DNA of 64,000 nucleotides from an uncultured Actinomycetes bacterium (GCA_963824995.1 CAWGRK010000006.1:194273-258272); one strand, 5' to 3'; counted from the first letter of the stretch, positions 35,455 through 50,995 are shown. The notes: generated by a model not told the origin, from the sequence alone. Made by a program: numbers and translations.

Positions 35455-36223
35455 CGCCTTTCCCTTCCTCGCCCACCCCGGCGACTCTACCAACAGGCGG
35501 TCGCCGGGCGCGCGGCGCAGCGGCGCATTCGGCGATGATGGCCGCGGCCGCGGCCCTTGGGTCGGACGCCCTGGTCACCGGGCGCCCCACGACCAGCAGG
35601 TCGGCGCCGTGACGAATGGCGTCAGTCGGCGAGGTGAATCGTCGTTGGTCGTCGGTGGCCGCCCCCGCCGGACGTATGCCGGGTGTCACCCTGAGCAACG
35701 AGGGCGCGGCGTCGGAAGCGACGATCAGTTCCCGAGGCGACACCACCATCCCTTCACATCCTGCCGCTTCGGCGAGCCGGGCGAGACGTACGGTTTGTGC
35801 CGCCGTGCTTGCGTGTACGCCGACCTCCGCCAGGGCCCGGTCGTCGAGGCTGGTGAGCACCGTCACCGCGAGGACACCTGCGGGTCGTCCTGCGGCCCCT
35901 TCGGCGAGCCCTGCGACCGCAGCGGAGAGCATCGCCTCGCCGCCAGAGGCATGGACCGACACCCAACGAGCACCCATTGCACCGAGATTGCGGGCGGCCC
36001 GCCGCACCGTCGTGGGTATGTCGTGGAGCTTGACGTCCACGAACACGGGCGACCCGAGATCACCCACCAGCGCCACGACCCCGGGGCCGGGTCCGGTGAG
36101 CAACTCCATGCCCACCTTGAAACCACCGACCACTTCGACCAGGTCGGATGCCGCCCGGACTGCCGCTTCGGCCGACGACACGTCGAGGGCCACCAGCAGT
36201 GGGTTTGGGGGCAGCGCGGTCAC
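35441..36223 (-). CDS. pyrF: Orotidine-5'-phosphate decarboxylase
   Basis: VALD, FKVG, DVKLHDIPTTV, VTVLTSLD, TPGIRP, VVGRP. Confidence 0.96.
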   Translation of the reverse strand: MTALPPNPLLVALDVSSAEAAVRAASDLVEVVGGFKVGMELLTGPGPGVVALVGDLGSPVFVDVKLHDIPTTVRRAARNLGAMGARWVSVHASGGEAMLSAAVAGLAEGAAGRPAGVLAVTVLTSLDDRALAEVGVHASTAAQTVRLARLAEAAGCEGMVVSPRELIVASDAAPSLLRVTPGIRPAGAATDDQRRFTSPTDAIRHGADLLVVGRPVTRASDPRAAAAAIIAECAAAPRARRPPVGRVAGVGEEGKGDATS

Positions 36224-36327
36224 CCGTGCGCCTCGACACCGTCAACGCAGAGCAGCCGCGGCCAATAGCGGGGAACCGACGGCTCCGGCAGGGTCGTCTC
36301 ATCCGTAAATCGGGGACACGCATGCGC

Positions 36328-36990
36328 ATGAGACAGATCGGCTTGGTTTTCCTTGGTGCTCTTCTCCTTGTGCTGATGGCCACGGAGCAAAGCTCCGCCC
36401 TGAGCTGCGCCCCCCATCCGAATGGTCGCCCGGAAGCCATCTTGCGGGGTACCGAGGAGCTCGCCAGCGAGCAGGGCTTCATCGAGGCCTACGACGGCGC
36501 CATCGCCGGCAAGGTCCTCGGGATCGAGACCAACGAGGTCGAAGGCTCCCCAACCTACGGCCGTACCGTCACCGGGTTCGAAGTTGACGTGGCCTTCTGG
36601 GATCTCCCCAGAGGCGTGGTGTTGGTCACGTCGGACGATCCCGGGTGGTTGAACGGATACCCGTTCGAGATGGGCAAGCGGTATTTCGTCCCACTCGAAT
36701 TGGTTGGTCCGGATGGCCAGTCCATGTACTCGATGGTTTGCGACCCGATCACCCCGGTAACGTTGAAACGTGTGGAGCGCCTGATAGAGATCGCCCGTGC
36801 CAACGACGTCCCGATGGCGGCGCCTGCGCAGGGAACCACGGCATCGGCAGTCGAGGCCGCCCCGAGCGCCAGTCGATCTGAGGATCCGCCCTGGCTGGTG
36901 GCGGGCGCCACCGTTGCCGGCGTGGTCGCAATCGGCATCGCCGGTTTCCTCGCCGCCAGGAGCAAACGGAACCCACGGCCGGACCACTAA
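36328..36990 (+). CDS. Hypothetical exported protein with C-terminal membrane anchor
   Basis: Signal peptide ending SSA-LSCAP, second Cys (MVCDP), Ala/Pro linker, TM helix and basic tail. Confidence 0.7.
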   Translation: MRQIGLVFLGALLLVLMATEQSSALSCAPHPNGRPEAILRGTEELASEQGFIEAYDGAIAGKVLGIETNEVEGSPTYGRTVTGFEVDVAFWDLPRGVVLVTSDDPGWLNGYPFEMGKRYFVPLELVGPDGQSMYSMVCDPITPVTLKRVERLIEIARANDVPMAAPAQGTTASAVEAAPSASRSEDPPWLVAGATVAGVVAIGIAGFLAARSKRNPRPDH

Positions 36991-37892
36991 AACCGCACCG
37001 ATCCCGCCAGGTCTCCGACCCCCGAGATCCCGTGGCGACGGCACCAGGTTTCGAACTCGGCCAGAATCCGCCGCCCGGCGGCTGGTTCGGCGAGGTTTGC
37101 GGTCCCGACGGCGACGGCACTGGCTCCGGCCATCAGGTATTCGACGACATCGCTGCCGGTAGTCACTCCCCCGCAACCGACGATGGGGACTGCGGGCAGC
37201 GCCCTGCGCGCCTCGAGAACGCAACGGAGCGCGATCGGCTTCAACGGCGGGCCGGAGTAGCCGCCGATCCCCCCCGAGAGGACCAACATCCGTGTATCCA
37301 CATCGATGGCGGCCCCCCACACGGTGTTGGTGAGGACCAGCCAGTCGGCACCCGAGTCGATGGCGGCTCGGGCGACCTCTGCGATGTCCTCGGCGTTTGG
37401 TGAGAGCTTGGCACCCAGCGGCACATCCACCGCCGAACGCGCCGCATCGATCACCCGCCCAGTCGCACCTGCCTCGAGGGCGAACATTCGGCCATCTTCG
37501 AGGTTGGGACAGGAGAGATTGATCTCGATTGCGCCGATGCCGGCTTGGGCCAGACCCTTCGCCACCACGGCGTACTCCTCGGGAGATCGACCTACAACCG
37601 AGCCCCACACCGGCACACCCAGTTCGCCAAGGTGGGCACCGTGCTCCGCAGCCCACGTTTCGATGCCTGGGTTCTGGATGCCGATGCCGTTGAGCATTCC
37701 CGCTCCGACCGGCGCCAACCGTGGCGGAGGACGGCCCGGCCAGGGGTCGGCGCTCACCGACTTCGCCACCGCCGCCCCGAAGGCCTCCGGCGCCCCCACC
37801 TTCACCCAGTCGTCAACCGCACCCACCGTTCCCGACGCCGCGATCAACGGGGATCGCAGAGTGACCGGCCCGAGTTGGGTGGTCAGATCCAT
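36987..37892 (-). CDS. pyrD: Dihydroorotate dehydrogenase (class 1)
   Basis: AASGT, MLNGIGIQNPG, EINLSCPN, AKLSPN, GGYSGP. Confidence 0.95.
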   Translation of the reverse strand: MDLTTQLGPVTLRSPLIAASGTVGAVDDWVKVGAPEAFGAAVAKSVSADPWPGRPPPRLAPVGAGMLNGIGIQNPGIETWAAEHGAHLGELGVPVWGSVVGRSPEEYAVVAKGLAQAGIGAIEINLSCPNLEDGRMFALEAGATGRVIDAARSAVDVPLGAKLSPNAEDIAEVARAAIDSGADWLVLTNTVWGAAIDVDTRMLVLSGGIGGYSGPPLKPIALRCVLEARRALPAVPIVGCGGVTTGSDVVEYLMAGASAVAVGTANLAEPAAGRRILAEFETWCRRHGISGVGDLAGSVRF

Positions 37893-37894
37893 GA

Positions 37895-38055
37895 GGTGGT
37901 AGGTGGTAACTGGTAGGTGGTGGGTGGAGCGGCGTGCCAGCACGGCGATTGGGAGTTCGCCCGCCCCCCTACCCGCTGCTCCGCAGCGGGACCCATCCCT
38001 CCTACGGGGGGACGGATTTTGATTGGCCGCCGTCCGCCGTCCGCCGTCCGCCGTC
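37895..38055. repeat. Heptamer arrays flanking a REP-like element (family B) between carB and pyrD
   Basis: GGTGGTA-type array at 37895-37927; element 37964-38019 with CCCGCTGCTCCGCAGCGGG hairpin; CCGCCGT array at 38027-38055. Confidence 0.8.
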
Positions 38056-38062
38056 TCATCGG

Positions 38063-41307
<3,245 letters not shown>

Positions 41308-41309
41308 CA

Positions 41310-42510
41310 GGGACCTCGCTGTCCGCGTCCGCCGTCGACGTCCAATCCCCATGAGCTTGATGAACTCATCGAACAGATAGCGGGCGTCGTGGGGGCCGGG
41401 GGCGGCCTCGGGGTGGTACTGGACGGAGAAAGCCGGAATGTCGAGACAGGCCAGGCCTTCGAGCGTGCCGTCGTTGAGGTTCTGGTGGGTGGGCCTCACC
41501 CGGCCGACGGTGCTCACCACCTCGTCCGGCAGCAGATCGGCGGTGGGGAGCCCAATCCTCTCGGGGGCCTCCCGGCCGGCCAGCGACCAGAGATCGACCG
41601 CAAAGCCGTGGTTCTGCGAGGTGACCTCGACCCCTCCGTCCTCGAGTCGCCGAACCGGGTGATTGCCGCCGTGGTGACCGAACGGGAGTTTGAAGGTCCG
41701 CGCCCCGATGGCCAGACCCAGCACCTGGTGGCCGAGGCAGATCCCGAACACCGGCACCTTCCCGAGCAGACCTTCGACAGTGGAGACCGCACCAACAAGC
41801 GGCTCGGGGTCGCCCGGGCCGTTGGAGACGAAGACGCCGTCGGGCCGCAAGGCGAGGACGTCCGAGGCGGAAGCGGTGGCGGGGACGACCTCGATCTCCA
41901 GACCCCGCTCGGACAACTGGTCGAGGATCGCCCGCTTCATCCCCAGATCTAGCGCAGCCACCCGGCCGATCCGGGCTCCCTTCGCTTCCACCTGGTAGGC
42001 GTTGGCGGCACCAGCGGTGGTGGCGAGTTCCTGCCCGGTCATGCTCGGGACCCCGGCGGCGATCGCCTCGAGCTCTGCCGCACTGACACCGCTCCCCACG
42101 GCCACCGGCATCGCCCCTTCGCTGCGGATGTGCCTGGTGAGTCTTCTCGTGTCCACATCGGTGAGGGCTACGACGTCCCGCTCCGACAACCACCTGGGCA
42201 GCCCGCCCTCAGCGCGCCACGAAGCGTGGTAGGCCGATATCGACCGCGTGACCAGGGCCCTCGCCAGCGGGCGCGGCGCCTGGTCGTCATCTGCGTTGAC
42301 CCCGTAGTTGCCGATGTGGGGCATGGTCATGACCACGACCTGCCCGGAGTAGGAGGGATCGGTGAGGACCTCCTGGTATCCGGTCATGGTCGTGTTGAAG
42401 ACCACCTCCCCCACCGCCACACCAGACGCCCCCACCGAGTTCCCGGCGAAGACCGAGCCATCGGCGGTGACGAGGAAGCCGGGAACGGTGGCCGGTGGAG
42501 GGTGGGTCAT
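41310..42510 (-). CDS. carA: Carbamoyl-phosphate synthase small subunit (3' end uncertain)
   Basis: [34 protein letters not shown]. Confidence 0.96.
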
Positions 42511-43782
42511 CGCAATGCCCGGTCCGCTTCGAAGGTGATCCTCCCATCGAAGACGGTGACCACCACGCGGCCGCGTAGTGCTTGGCCCACGAAGGGGCTG
42601 TTCTCGGCCTTCGAATGGAACCGATCGACGGTCCACTTCGACTCAGGGTCGATGACCACCAGGTTTGCCGATGCCCCAGGCTCGACCCACCGCCCCTGGC
42701 GGGCAAGCCCGGCAATCCGTGCCGGCGTCACCGACATCCGTTCGAAGAAGGTCACCGCGTCGAAATCGGCCGCAGTGAGCACGACGGCGGCAGCGGTCTC
42801 CAAGCCGATGACGCCGCGTGGTGCCTCCTCGAAAGGCACCTCCGTCTCGTGGGAGGCGTGCGGGGCATGGTCGGTGGCGACAGCGTCGATGGTGCCGTCG
42901 GCCAGTGCTTCGCCGACAGCGGCAACGTCCTCCGGGGTGCGAAGCGGCGGGTACATCTTGAAGCGAGGGTCCATCGAGAGCACGGCCTCGTGGTCGAGAG
43001 CGAGATGGTGCGGGGTGACCTCGGCGGTCACCGGGAGCCCGGCGCGCTTCGCTTCTCTGATCAACTCCACCGTGGCGGCCGTCGAGACGTGCTGGCAGTG
43101 GTATCTGCAGCCGGTGAGCCGCACCAGCGCCAGGTCGCGGCTCACCACCACTTCCTCGGCGAGTGCGGGTATCCCCCGCATCCCGAGACGCGACGACACC
43201 GCGCCCTCGTGCATATGCCCGCCCCGTGCCAACCCGGCGTCCTCTGCGTGCTGCGCCACTACCGCCACGCTGTCGCCAGAACCCAACGAGCCGAGGTACT
43301 CCATGGCCCGCCGCAGCAGGCCGGCGTCGTCCACCGTGTCCCCATCGTCGGTGAAGATCCGGACCCCGGCCTCCCACAACTCATCGAGGTGCGCCAGCGC
43401 CTCGCCACGTCGCCCCAGCGTGATGCAACCTGCGGACACGATCTCCGCCGTTCCGGCAGTGCGACCACGCTCGCCCACGTAGCGGGCGAGGTGCCCGGCG
43501 TCGATCGGAGGGTCGGTGTTCGGCATCGCCACCAGGGCGGTAAACCCGCCAGCGGCGGCCGCGGCCGATCCCGAGACGATGTCCTCCTTCCACTCCTGGC
43601 CCGGTTGGCGCAGGTGAGTGTGCAGGTCGACCAGACCGGGACCCACCCAGCATCCGGTGACGTCGATTGTGTTCTCTGATTCGATCCCGGCCTCGACCGC
43701 GGTGACCTCCGACCCGGTGACAGCGACGTCTGCGGTGACCGCTCCCTCTGGCCCGAAGACCGTGCCCCCTCGCAGCACGAGG

Positions 43783-43790
<8 letters not shown>
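42507..43790 (-). CDS. pyrC: Dihydroorotase
   Basis: DLHTHLRQPG, MPNTDP, EVTPHH, ATDHAPH. Confidence 0.95.
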
Positions 43791-45256
<1,466 letters not shown>

Positions 45257-45306
45257 CCCGGCGACGGTAGCAGAGACGGGAGACGGCAGGCGCAGGCGGC
45301 AGCAAG

Positions 45307-45364
45307 AATCTCCGTCCCCCCGCAGGCGGGAAGGGCCCCGCTGCGTCAGCAGCGGGTAGGGGGC
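45307..45364. repeat. REP-like element (family B), inverted relative to 37964-38019
   Basis: TCCGTCCCCCCGCAGGCGGGAAGGGCCCCGCTGCGTCAGCAGCGGGTAGGGGGC closely matches the reverse complement of 37964-38019. Confidence 0.8.
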
Positions 45365-45387
45365 TGGTTCACACCCATTGGTGCGGT

Positions 45388-45801
45388 CTATGTCGAGTCT
45401 CGAGGGTCCGAGACCGTGTTCGCGGCGCGCTCCACGGGGGCGAGTTTGGAGAGGACTCCGTTGACGAAGCGGCCGCTTCGCTCGGTCGAGTAGGTCTTGG
45501 CCAACTCGACCGCTTCGTCGATGATTACCGCCATGGGGGTGGAGGGCTCGTAGCGCAACTCGTAGAGGGCGAGGCGGAGTACCGCTCTGTCCACCACCGG
45601 CATCCGTTCCACCCGCCAGCCAACCGAGGCGCGGTCGATTGCCCGGTCCAGCTCATCCTGCTGCTCGAGCACGCCCCTCACCATGCGAGCCGCCCGTCCG
45701 GGTAGGCCGGCCACCGCCTCGTCGGGCGACAGTCTCCGCTGATCGGCTTGATAGAGCGCCTCGAGCGCAAGTTCCCTCGCCTCGGGGCCTGATCGGGTCA
45801 C
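45388..45801 (-). CDS. nusB: Transcription antitermination factor NusB
   Basis: ARELALEALY, WRVERMPVVDRAVLR, DEAVELAK, FVNGVL. Confidence 0.96.
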   Translation of the reverse strand: MTRSGPEARELALEALYQADQRRLSPDEAVAGLPGRAARMVRGVLEQQDELDRAIDRASVGWRVERMPVVDRAVLRLALYELRYEPSTPMAVIIDEAVELAKTYSTERSGRFVNGVLSKLAPVERAANTVSDPRDST

Positions 45802-46355
45802 ACCCGGGTGAGGTACCCGCCGGAGCGGGTGTCCACCCTGATGGTGTCCCCCTGCTCGACGAAGAGCGGCACCTGGACCACCAGCCCGGTCGAGAGGGTG
45901 ACCGGCTTGGTCGCCCCGGAGACGCGGTCGCCCTTCACTCCCGGCTCGGCGTGGGTGACCTCGAGCTCCACCGCCGCCGGCAATTCGACGCCGATCGGCC
46001 GCCCGTCGTGCATCGCCAGCACCACGGTCATCCCTTCGGTGAGGTAGTCGGACATCCCGCCGACCTCGGCTGCGGAGATTGCGAACTGGCTGAAGCTCTC
46101 CAGATCCATGAAGTGGAACCCGAGGTCGTCGCGGTAGAGGTACTGGTGGTCCTTGCGCTCGATGATCGCCCTGGGCAGGTCCTCGTCCGCTCGAAAGGTC
46201 TTGTCGAGCACCTGGCCGGTGGTGACGTTCTTGATCCGCATGCGGACGAAGGCGCGTCCCTTTCCGGGCTTGACGTGCTCCCAGTCGACCACCTGGAAGA
46301 GGCCGTCGGGGAGATCGAGGGCCATGCCCGGACGGATGTCGTTGGTGGAAATCAT
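45798..46355 (-). CDS. efp: Elongation factor P
   Basis: HVKPGKGRAFVR, PGVKGD, VPLFV, YLTRV. Confidence 0.97.
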   Translation of the reverse strand: MISTNDIRPGMALDLPDGLFQVVDWEHVKPGKGRAFVRMRIKNVTTGQVLDKTFRADEDLPRAIIERKDHQYLYRDDLGFHFMDLESFSQFAISAAEVGGMSDYLTEGMTVVLAMHDGRPIGVELPAAVELEVTHAEPGVKGDRVSGATKPVTLSTGLVVQVPLFVEQGDTIRVDTRSGGYLTRV

Positions 46356-46419
46356 GGACGGAAGACGGAGGACGGAGGACGGAACATGCCAGCTGGACAG
46401 TAGAGGATGAGAGTACGAC

Positions 46420-47454
46420 TCACCCCACCCCTACTGCGGCCAGTGCTTCGTCCACCAGTTCGGGGTCGACGTGGGTCACCTCGGGATGACCGATTTCGTG
46501 GAGTAGGACCATCCGCAGTCCTGAGGCGTCGCGCTTCTTGTCCTGCTGGAGCAATTGGCGCACCGAGGAACCGTCCACCGGTGGCGAAGAGGTAGGCAGG
46601 CGCAGCGATGCAATCAGGTCCTTCTGTCGGGCTTCCTCGGAGAATCCGAACCTGAGCGCTGATGCCCTGCCGGCAGCCACCATCCCCACCGCCACCGCAT
46701 GACCGTGGCTCATCCCGGCGGCGACCTCGATGCCGTGGCCGATGGTGTGCCCGTAGTTGAGGATGGCGCGTCGCCCACTCTCCCTCGGATCGCCCAGCAC
46801 GACACCCGCCTTCACCCTGATCGCTGCAGGAACGACCAGGTCGAGAGGAGCGGCTTCACCGTGCTGCTCGAACAGGTTCACGAGATCTGGGTCGGCGATC
46901 AGCCCCGCCTTCAACGCCTCCGCCAGCCCCTCCCGCCTCACCGCCTCGGGAAGCCGATCCAACACGTCTATATCGACGAGAACCGCTGCCGGGTGCCAGA
47001 AGGCGCCGACGAGGTTCTTCCCGCCGATGTTGATCCCCGTCTTGCCACCGATCGATGCGTCCACCGCGGCGAGCAGCGTCGTGGGTACCAGGACGGACTC
47101 GACACCGCGCAGCCAAGTGGCGGCGGCGAACCCGGCGAGGTCGGTGACCGCCCCGCCACCCACACCGACGACGGTGTCGTGTCTCCCGATCCCGATCTCG
47201 GCCAGCCAGCGGTACACCTCGGCTAGCACCTCGATCGACTTGGCGGCGTCCCGGTCGGGAAGCACCCGCAAGACGGCCACGAGCCCGCCAGCCGAAAAGG
47301 ATCCCACGACCCGCTGGGCGTGCATCACCGCCCCGGGTTGGGTGAGCACCGCCACCTTGGCCCGTCCGGAGCGCTCGGGGAGGATGGGACCGCGGTCGAT
47401 GACACCCCGGCCAACCACCGCCTCGCCGTCGGGGATCACGATCCGGTCAAGCAC
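46420..47454 (-). CDS. aroB: 3-dehydroquinate synthase
   Basis: GGGAVTDLAGF, PTTLLAAVDASIGGKTG, LNYGHTIGH, DKK. Confidence 0.95.
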   Translation of the reverse strand: MLDRIVIPDGEAVVGRGVIDRGPILPERSGRAKVAVLTQPGAVMHAQRVVGSFSAGGLVAVLRVLPDRDAAKSIEVLAEVYRWLAEIGIGRHDTVVGVGGGAVTDLAGFAAATWLRGVESVLVPTTLLAAVDASIGGKTGINIGGKNLVGAFWHPAAVLVDIDVLDRLPEAVRREGLAEALKAGLIADPDLVNLFEQHGEAAPLDLVVPAAIRVKAGVVLGDPRESGRRAILNYGHTIGHGIEVAAGMSHGHAVAVGMVAAGRASALRFGFSEEARQKDLIASLRLPTSSPPVDGSSVRQLLQQDKKRDASGLRMVLLHEIGHPEVTHVDPELVDEALAAVGVG

Positions 47455-47468
47455 CGCACCACGACCAA

Positions 47469-47515
47469 TTTGGTGTCACAAACCGCGGCGATTTCACGTC
47501 AGGTGACGCCAGAAC
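47469..47515. repeat. Palindromic dispersed repeat, family A (second copy)
   Basis: TTTGGTGTCAC-AAACCGCGGCGATTTCACGTCAG-GTGACGCCAGAAC; stem and loop match the minus strand of 4843-4891. Confidence 0.75.
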
Positions 47516-47522
47516 GGGGTCG

Positions 47523-48674
47523 TCAAAAGCTCTGGACACGCCGGCGGTATGCCTCGGCGGCGGTCCGCAGGTCGGCCACGGTGTCACCGCCGAGCATCCT
47601 CACCATCTCGTCGGCAAGCACGAAAGCCACCATCTGTTCGGCAACCACGCCTGCGGCGGGCACGGCACAGGTGTCTGAACGCTCGAAGAAGGCCCGCTCC
47701 TCCTCTTTGCTGACAACGTCCACCGAGCGGAGCGATTTCAACACCGTGGAGATGGGCTTCATCGCCGCCCGGACCCGAAGAGGCTGTCCGGTGGTCATCC
47801 CACCCTCGGTGCCCCCGGCACGATCGGTTTGGCGGGTGAAACCGCCCTCTGACCAGAAGATCTCATCGTGCGCCACCGAGCCCCGGCGCCGCGACGACTC
47901 CAACCCGTCACCTATCTCGACCGCCTTGATCGCCTGGATCGACATCAGCACCTCGGCGAGACGGGCATCGAGCTTGCGGTCCCAGTGGACGTGGCTGCCG
48001 ACGCCCGGAGGCACTCCATAGGCCAGCACCTCGACGACACCCCCAATGGTGTCGCGGTCGTCCTTGGCCGACTGCACCTCGGCGATCATCGCCTCCTCTA
48101 TCTCGGTGTGAAACACCCGGACCGGCGATTCGTCGATGTTCGCCAGGTCGCTCGGCGTGGGGAGGGGGCTCGTTGGCGCCTCCACCTTGCCGATGGCGAC
48201 AACGTGGCTGAGGACCGCGATGTCGAGTTCGGCCAGAAGCAGCTTGCACAGATAGCCGACGATGGTGCGGGCGGCTGTCTCCCGAGCGGAGGCCCTCTCC
48301 AGGATGTCCCTGGCGTCGTGGGTGTCGTACTTGATCATCCCCACCAGGTCGGCGTGCCCGGGACGCGGCGTGGTCATCGCCCGCTTCGGCTCGCCGGGGT
48401 CAGGCCCCATCTCCTCCTGCCAGCGGGGCCATTCGGTGTTGCGGATCAGAACCGCCACCGGACTCCCCAGGGTCCGGCCGTGCCTGACGCCCCCCAGTAC
48501 CTCGACCTCGTCCCGCTCGATCCGCTGCCGGGCACCGCGCCCAAACCCGAGGCGGCGTCTTGCCAGTTCGGCGGCGAGTTCTTCCCGAGAGAAGACCAGG
48601 CCGGCGGGGAGACCCTCGACGACTGCGACGAGAGCAGGGCCGTGGGATTCGCCCGCAGTGATGAACCGGATCAT
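47523..48674 (-). CDS. aroC: Chorismate synthase
   Basis: TAGESHG, PRPGHAD, ERASARET, AMKPIST, RSDTCAVP. Confidence 0.97.
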   Translation of the reverse strand: MIRFITAGESHGPALVAVVEGLPAGLVFSREELAAELARRRLGFGRGARQRIERDEVEVLGGVRHGRTLGSPVAVLIRNTEWPRWQEEMGPDPGEPKRAMTTPRPGHADLVGMIKYDTHDARDILERASARETAARTIVGYLCKLLLAELDIAVLSHVVAIGKVEAPTSPLPTPSDLANIDESPVRVFHTEIEEAMIAEVQSAKDDRDTIGGVVEVLAYGVPPGVGSHVHWDRKLDARLAEVLMSIQAIKAVEIGDGLESSRRRGSVAHDEIFWSEGGFTRQTDRAGGTEGGMTTGQPLRVRAAMKPISTVLKSLRSVDVVSKEEERAFFERSDTCAVPAAGVVAEQMVAFVLADEMVRMLGGDTVADLRTAAEAYRRRVQSF

Positions 48675-48755
48675 GGCTCCGATGGTATCGGCACCAGCAG
48701 TGGGTCCGATTACCTTGGGCCGATTGGCGGCGCCCGGCAGTACCGTGCCCGTCCC

Positions 48756-49403
48756 GTGCTCCGCTGGTTGCTCGCTCTGCTCGCCCTGGCCGCCCTGTTG
48801 TTCGCCGCCGTAGAGATCTGGGTGCGCCCCTCGGCCGAGGACGCCGTGGCCAAGGCGACGACGAGGGAGTTCGCCCTCGACGAGCGTCCCGAGGTCACGT
48901 TCAAAGGAGGCCCATTGGTGGTCGCCGCCGCCAGCGGGCGGATCTCCGAGGTCGAACTCAGCGGGTCAACGTTCCGGCTCCAGGGCTACCCGGTGGAGCA
49001 GATCGATCTCACCCTGACCGACGTCACCTTCGATCCTCTGGACCTGATCGACGGGAAGGGAACGGCGGTGGCGGGAGGGGGAACGGGCCGGCTGGTGATG
49101 ACATCGGAACAACTGGCCGAGGTGGTGGACTCTTTCGACCTTCCGGTTTCGGCGTCGCTCGAGGATGATCGGCTCCGTCTGGAACTCGAGGCACTTCCCG
49201 CAATCGGCGTGGACGCAGCCCTCAGGGTGGTAGACGGTGAGGTCGTGGTCACGGCCGATCAACTCGAATTGCTGGGGCTGGGGCCCATCCGGCTGACGCT
49301 TCCCGCGCTTCCCGAGGGTGTCCGGCTCGAGGACGCCAGGATCCGTGATTCGCGGCTCGTGGTCGATCTGGCCGTCGAGGATCTGACGATCGATATCGGC
49401 TGA
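48756..49403 (+). CDS. Exported DUF2993/LmeA-like protein
   Basis: N-terminal hydrophobic anchor, PEVTFKGGP motif, beta-rich body ending LPEGVRLEDARI. Confidence 0.6.
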   Translation: MLRWLLALLALAALLFAAVEIWVRPSAEDAVAKATTREFALDERPEVTFKGGPLVVAAASGRISEVELSGSTFRLQGYPVEQIDLTLTDVTFDPLDLIDGKGTAVAGGGTGRLVMTSEQLAEVVDSFDLPVSASLEDDRLRLELEALPAIGVDAALRVVDGEVVVTADQLELLGLGPIRLTLPALPEGVRLEDARIRDSRLVVDLAVEDLTIDIG

Positions 49404-49405
49404 CT

Positions 49406-50173
49406 TCAGCCCGCGGCCAGCGTGTTCAGCCAGGGCGTTAGCGGGAGCGCCAGCCACGCTCCGACCACCATCGCCGGACCGAAGGGGAAGGGGTCGCGCC
49501 GCCCCCTCCGCTTGGTCACCAAAAGCACCACGGCGGCGATCGACCCTACGAGGAACCCGAGCGCCGCCCCCCACACCACGTACGGCCACCCCGGGTACCC
49601 GAGGAAGAGACCGAGCAGGAAGGCGAGCTTGACGTCACCCATCCCGAAGCCGCCTCTGGTGAGCAGCGCCAACAGGAGCATCACCGCCAGGTAGATGGCG
49701 CCGGCGAGCAGCGCCCCGGGGATGGCCTCGATGTGCCCGTCGCCGGCGGCCCCCGCGGTGAGGAGCACCAACGCGATGGCGGTGCCGGGGTAGAGGATGC
49801 GGTTGGGGATCCGCTGGTGGTCGAGGTCGGTCAGCACGAGCGTCATCGTCACCGCGATGAACCAGAGATAAGCGGGAAGCACCCAGAGAGATCCGAGCAA
49901 TAGGGCAGCTCCGGCGAACAAGGCACCGGTCAGCAGCTCGACGAGGGGATAGCGGAGGCCGATCGGTTCCCCGCAGGACCGGCACTTGCCGCCAAGGCGC
50001 AGGTACGAGATCAGCGGAAAACGGTCGAGCCCGGTAGCCGCCGCATCACAGCGCGGGCAACGCACCCAGGGCGGGCCCAACTCCTGGTCGAGCGGGACGC
50101 GGTGGGCCACGGCGGTGGCGAGCCATCCGGCGCCGATCCCTGCGAGCGCTACGACCGCTACCAGAAGGATCAT
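49406..50173 (-). CDS. Prepilin peptidase (A24 family)
   Basis: CPRC and CRSC zinc motifs, RYPLVE, TDLDHQRIPN, GMGDVKL, PFGP. Confidence 0.92.
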   Translation of the reverse strand: MILLVAVVALAGIGAGWLATAVAHRVPLDQELGPPWVRCPRCDAAATGLDRFPLISYLRLGGKCRSCGEPIGLRYPLVELLTGALFAGAALLLGSLWVLPAYLWFIAVTMTLVLTDLDHQRIPNRILYPGTAIALVLLTAGAAGDGHIEAIPGALLAGAIYLAVMLLLALLTRGGFGMGDVKLAFLLGLFLGYPGWPYVVWGAALGFLVGSIAAVVLLVTKRRGRRDPFPFGPAMVVGAWLALPLTPWLNTLAAG

Positions 50174-50960
50174 CCCGCCACCTCCCTGATCCCGGCGACG
50201 AGGGCGGCGCGCATTTCCTCGAGTGGAGGGTCCACACCGGTCCAGATGGTGAAGCTCGCCGCCGCTTGGGCAAGAAGCATGTCCGGGCCTTCGGCCACCG
50301 GCAATCCGAGCCGGCGGGCGAGGAGCACCGCCGGAGTCGGCCCGACCCGTAGGCCATGTCGAGCAGACCTGAGCCAGCAGCTACGACTTCCTCGGGAAGC
50401 GACTCCCCTTTCATGCCGATGGGGGTGGCGTTGACCACTACCGCCTCCGCATGAGGGACCCCTAGCGCCGAGATAGCGGCATCCACCGCCAACGCCTCCA
50501 ACAACTCCTCAGCTCGGTCAGGTCTGCGCGCCGCCACGGTCAATTGCCTGTCCTCGAGAGCGAGGATGGCGGCGGCGGCGGCTCCGCCCGACCCAAGTAC
50601 GAGCACCGGTGCCTCCATTGGGAGAGCGGCCCACCCCCATACGGTCAGTACGCCGTCGATGTCGGTGCTGTCTCCGAGGACCGAGCCGCCGTCGCTCCAA
50701 AGAGTGTTAACCGAACGTGCCCGGACCGCCCGCGGCGCTAGTCGGTCTGCCAGGTCAGCCGCCAGCCTCTTGTGGGGCATGGTGACGTTGGCGCCGGAGA
50801 GAACCCCTTCGTCAATCTCGGCGACGGCACGGCGCATCCCATCGGCGTCCACCCGCCGTGCTGTGTACTCGCCTGCGATACCGGTGGCTGAGAGAGCCGC
50901 GGTGTGTATTGCCGGGGAGAGCGAATGCGATACCGGATCGCCGAGCACGGCCAGGCGCAA
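50170..50960 (-). CDS. aroE: Shikimate dehydrogenase, frameshift near 50345
   Basis: GDPVSHSLSP, NVTMPHK, SVNT, GSGGAA, VNATPIGM. Confidence 0.92.
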
Positions 50961-50995
50961 GCGGGGTGAGAGTCCCCGGTCGTTGTCCTGCCCGG

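Noticed and set aside
47474..47500. TGTCACA-N16-CGTC match to an ECF41-type promoter
   Set aside because: It points antisense into aroC with no downstream plus-strand gene and lies within a family A palindromic repeat.
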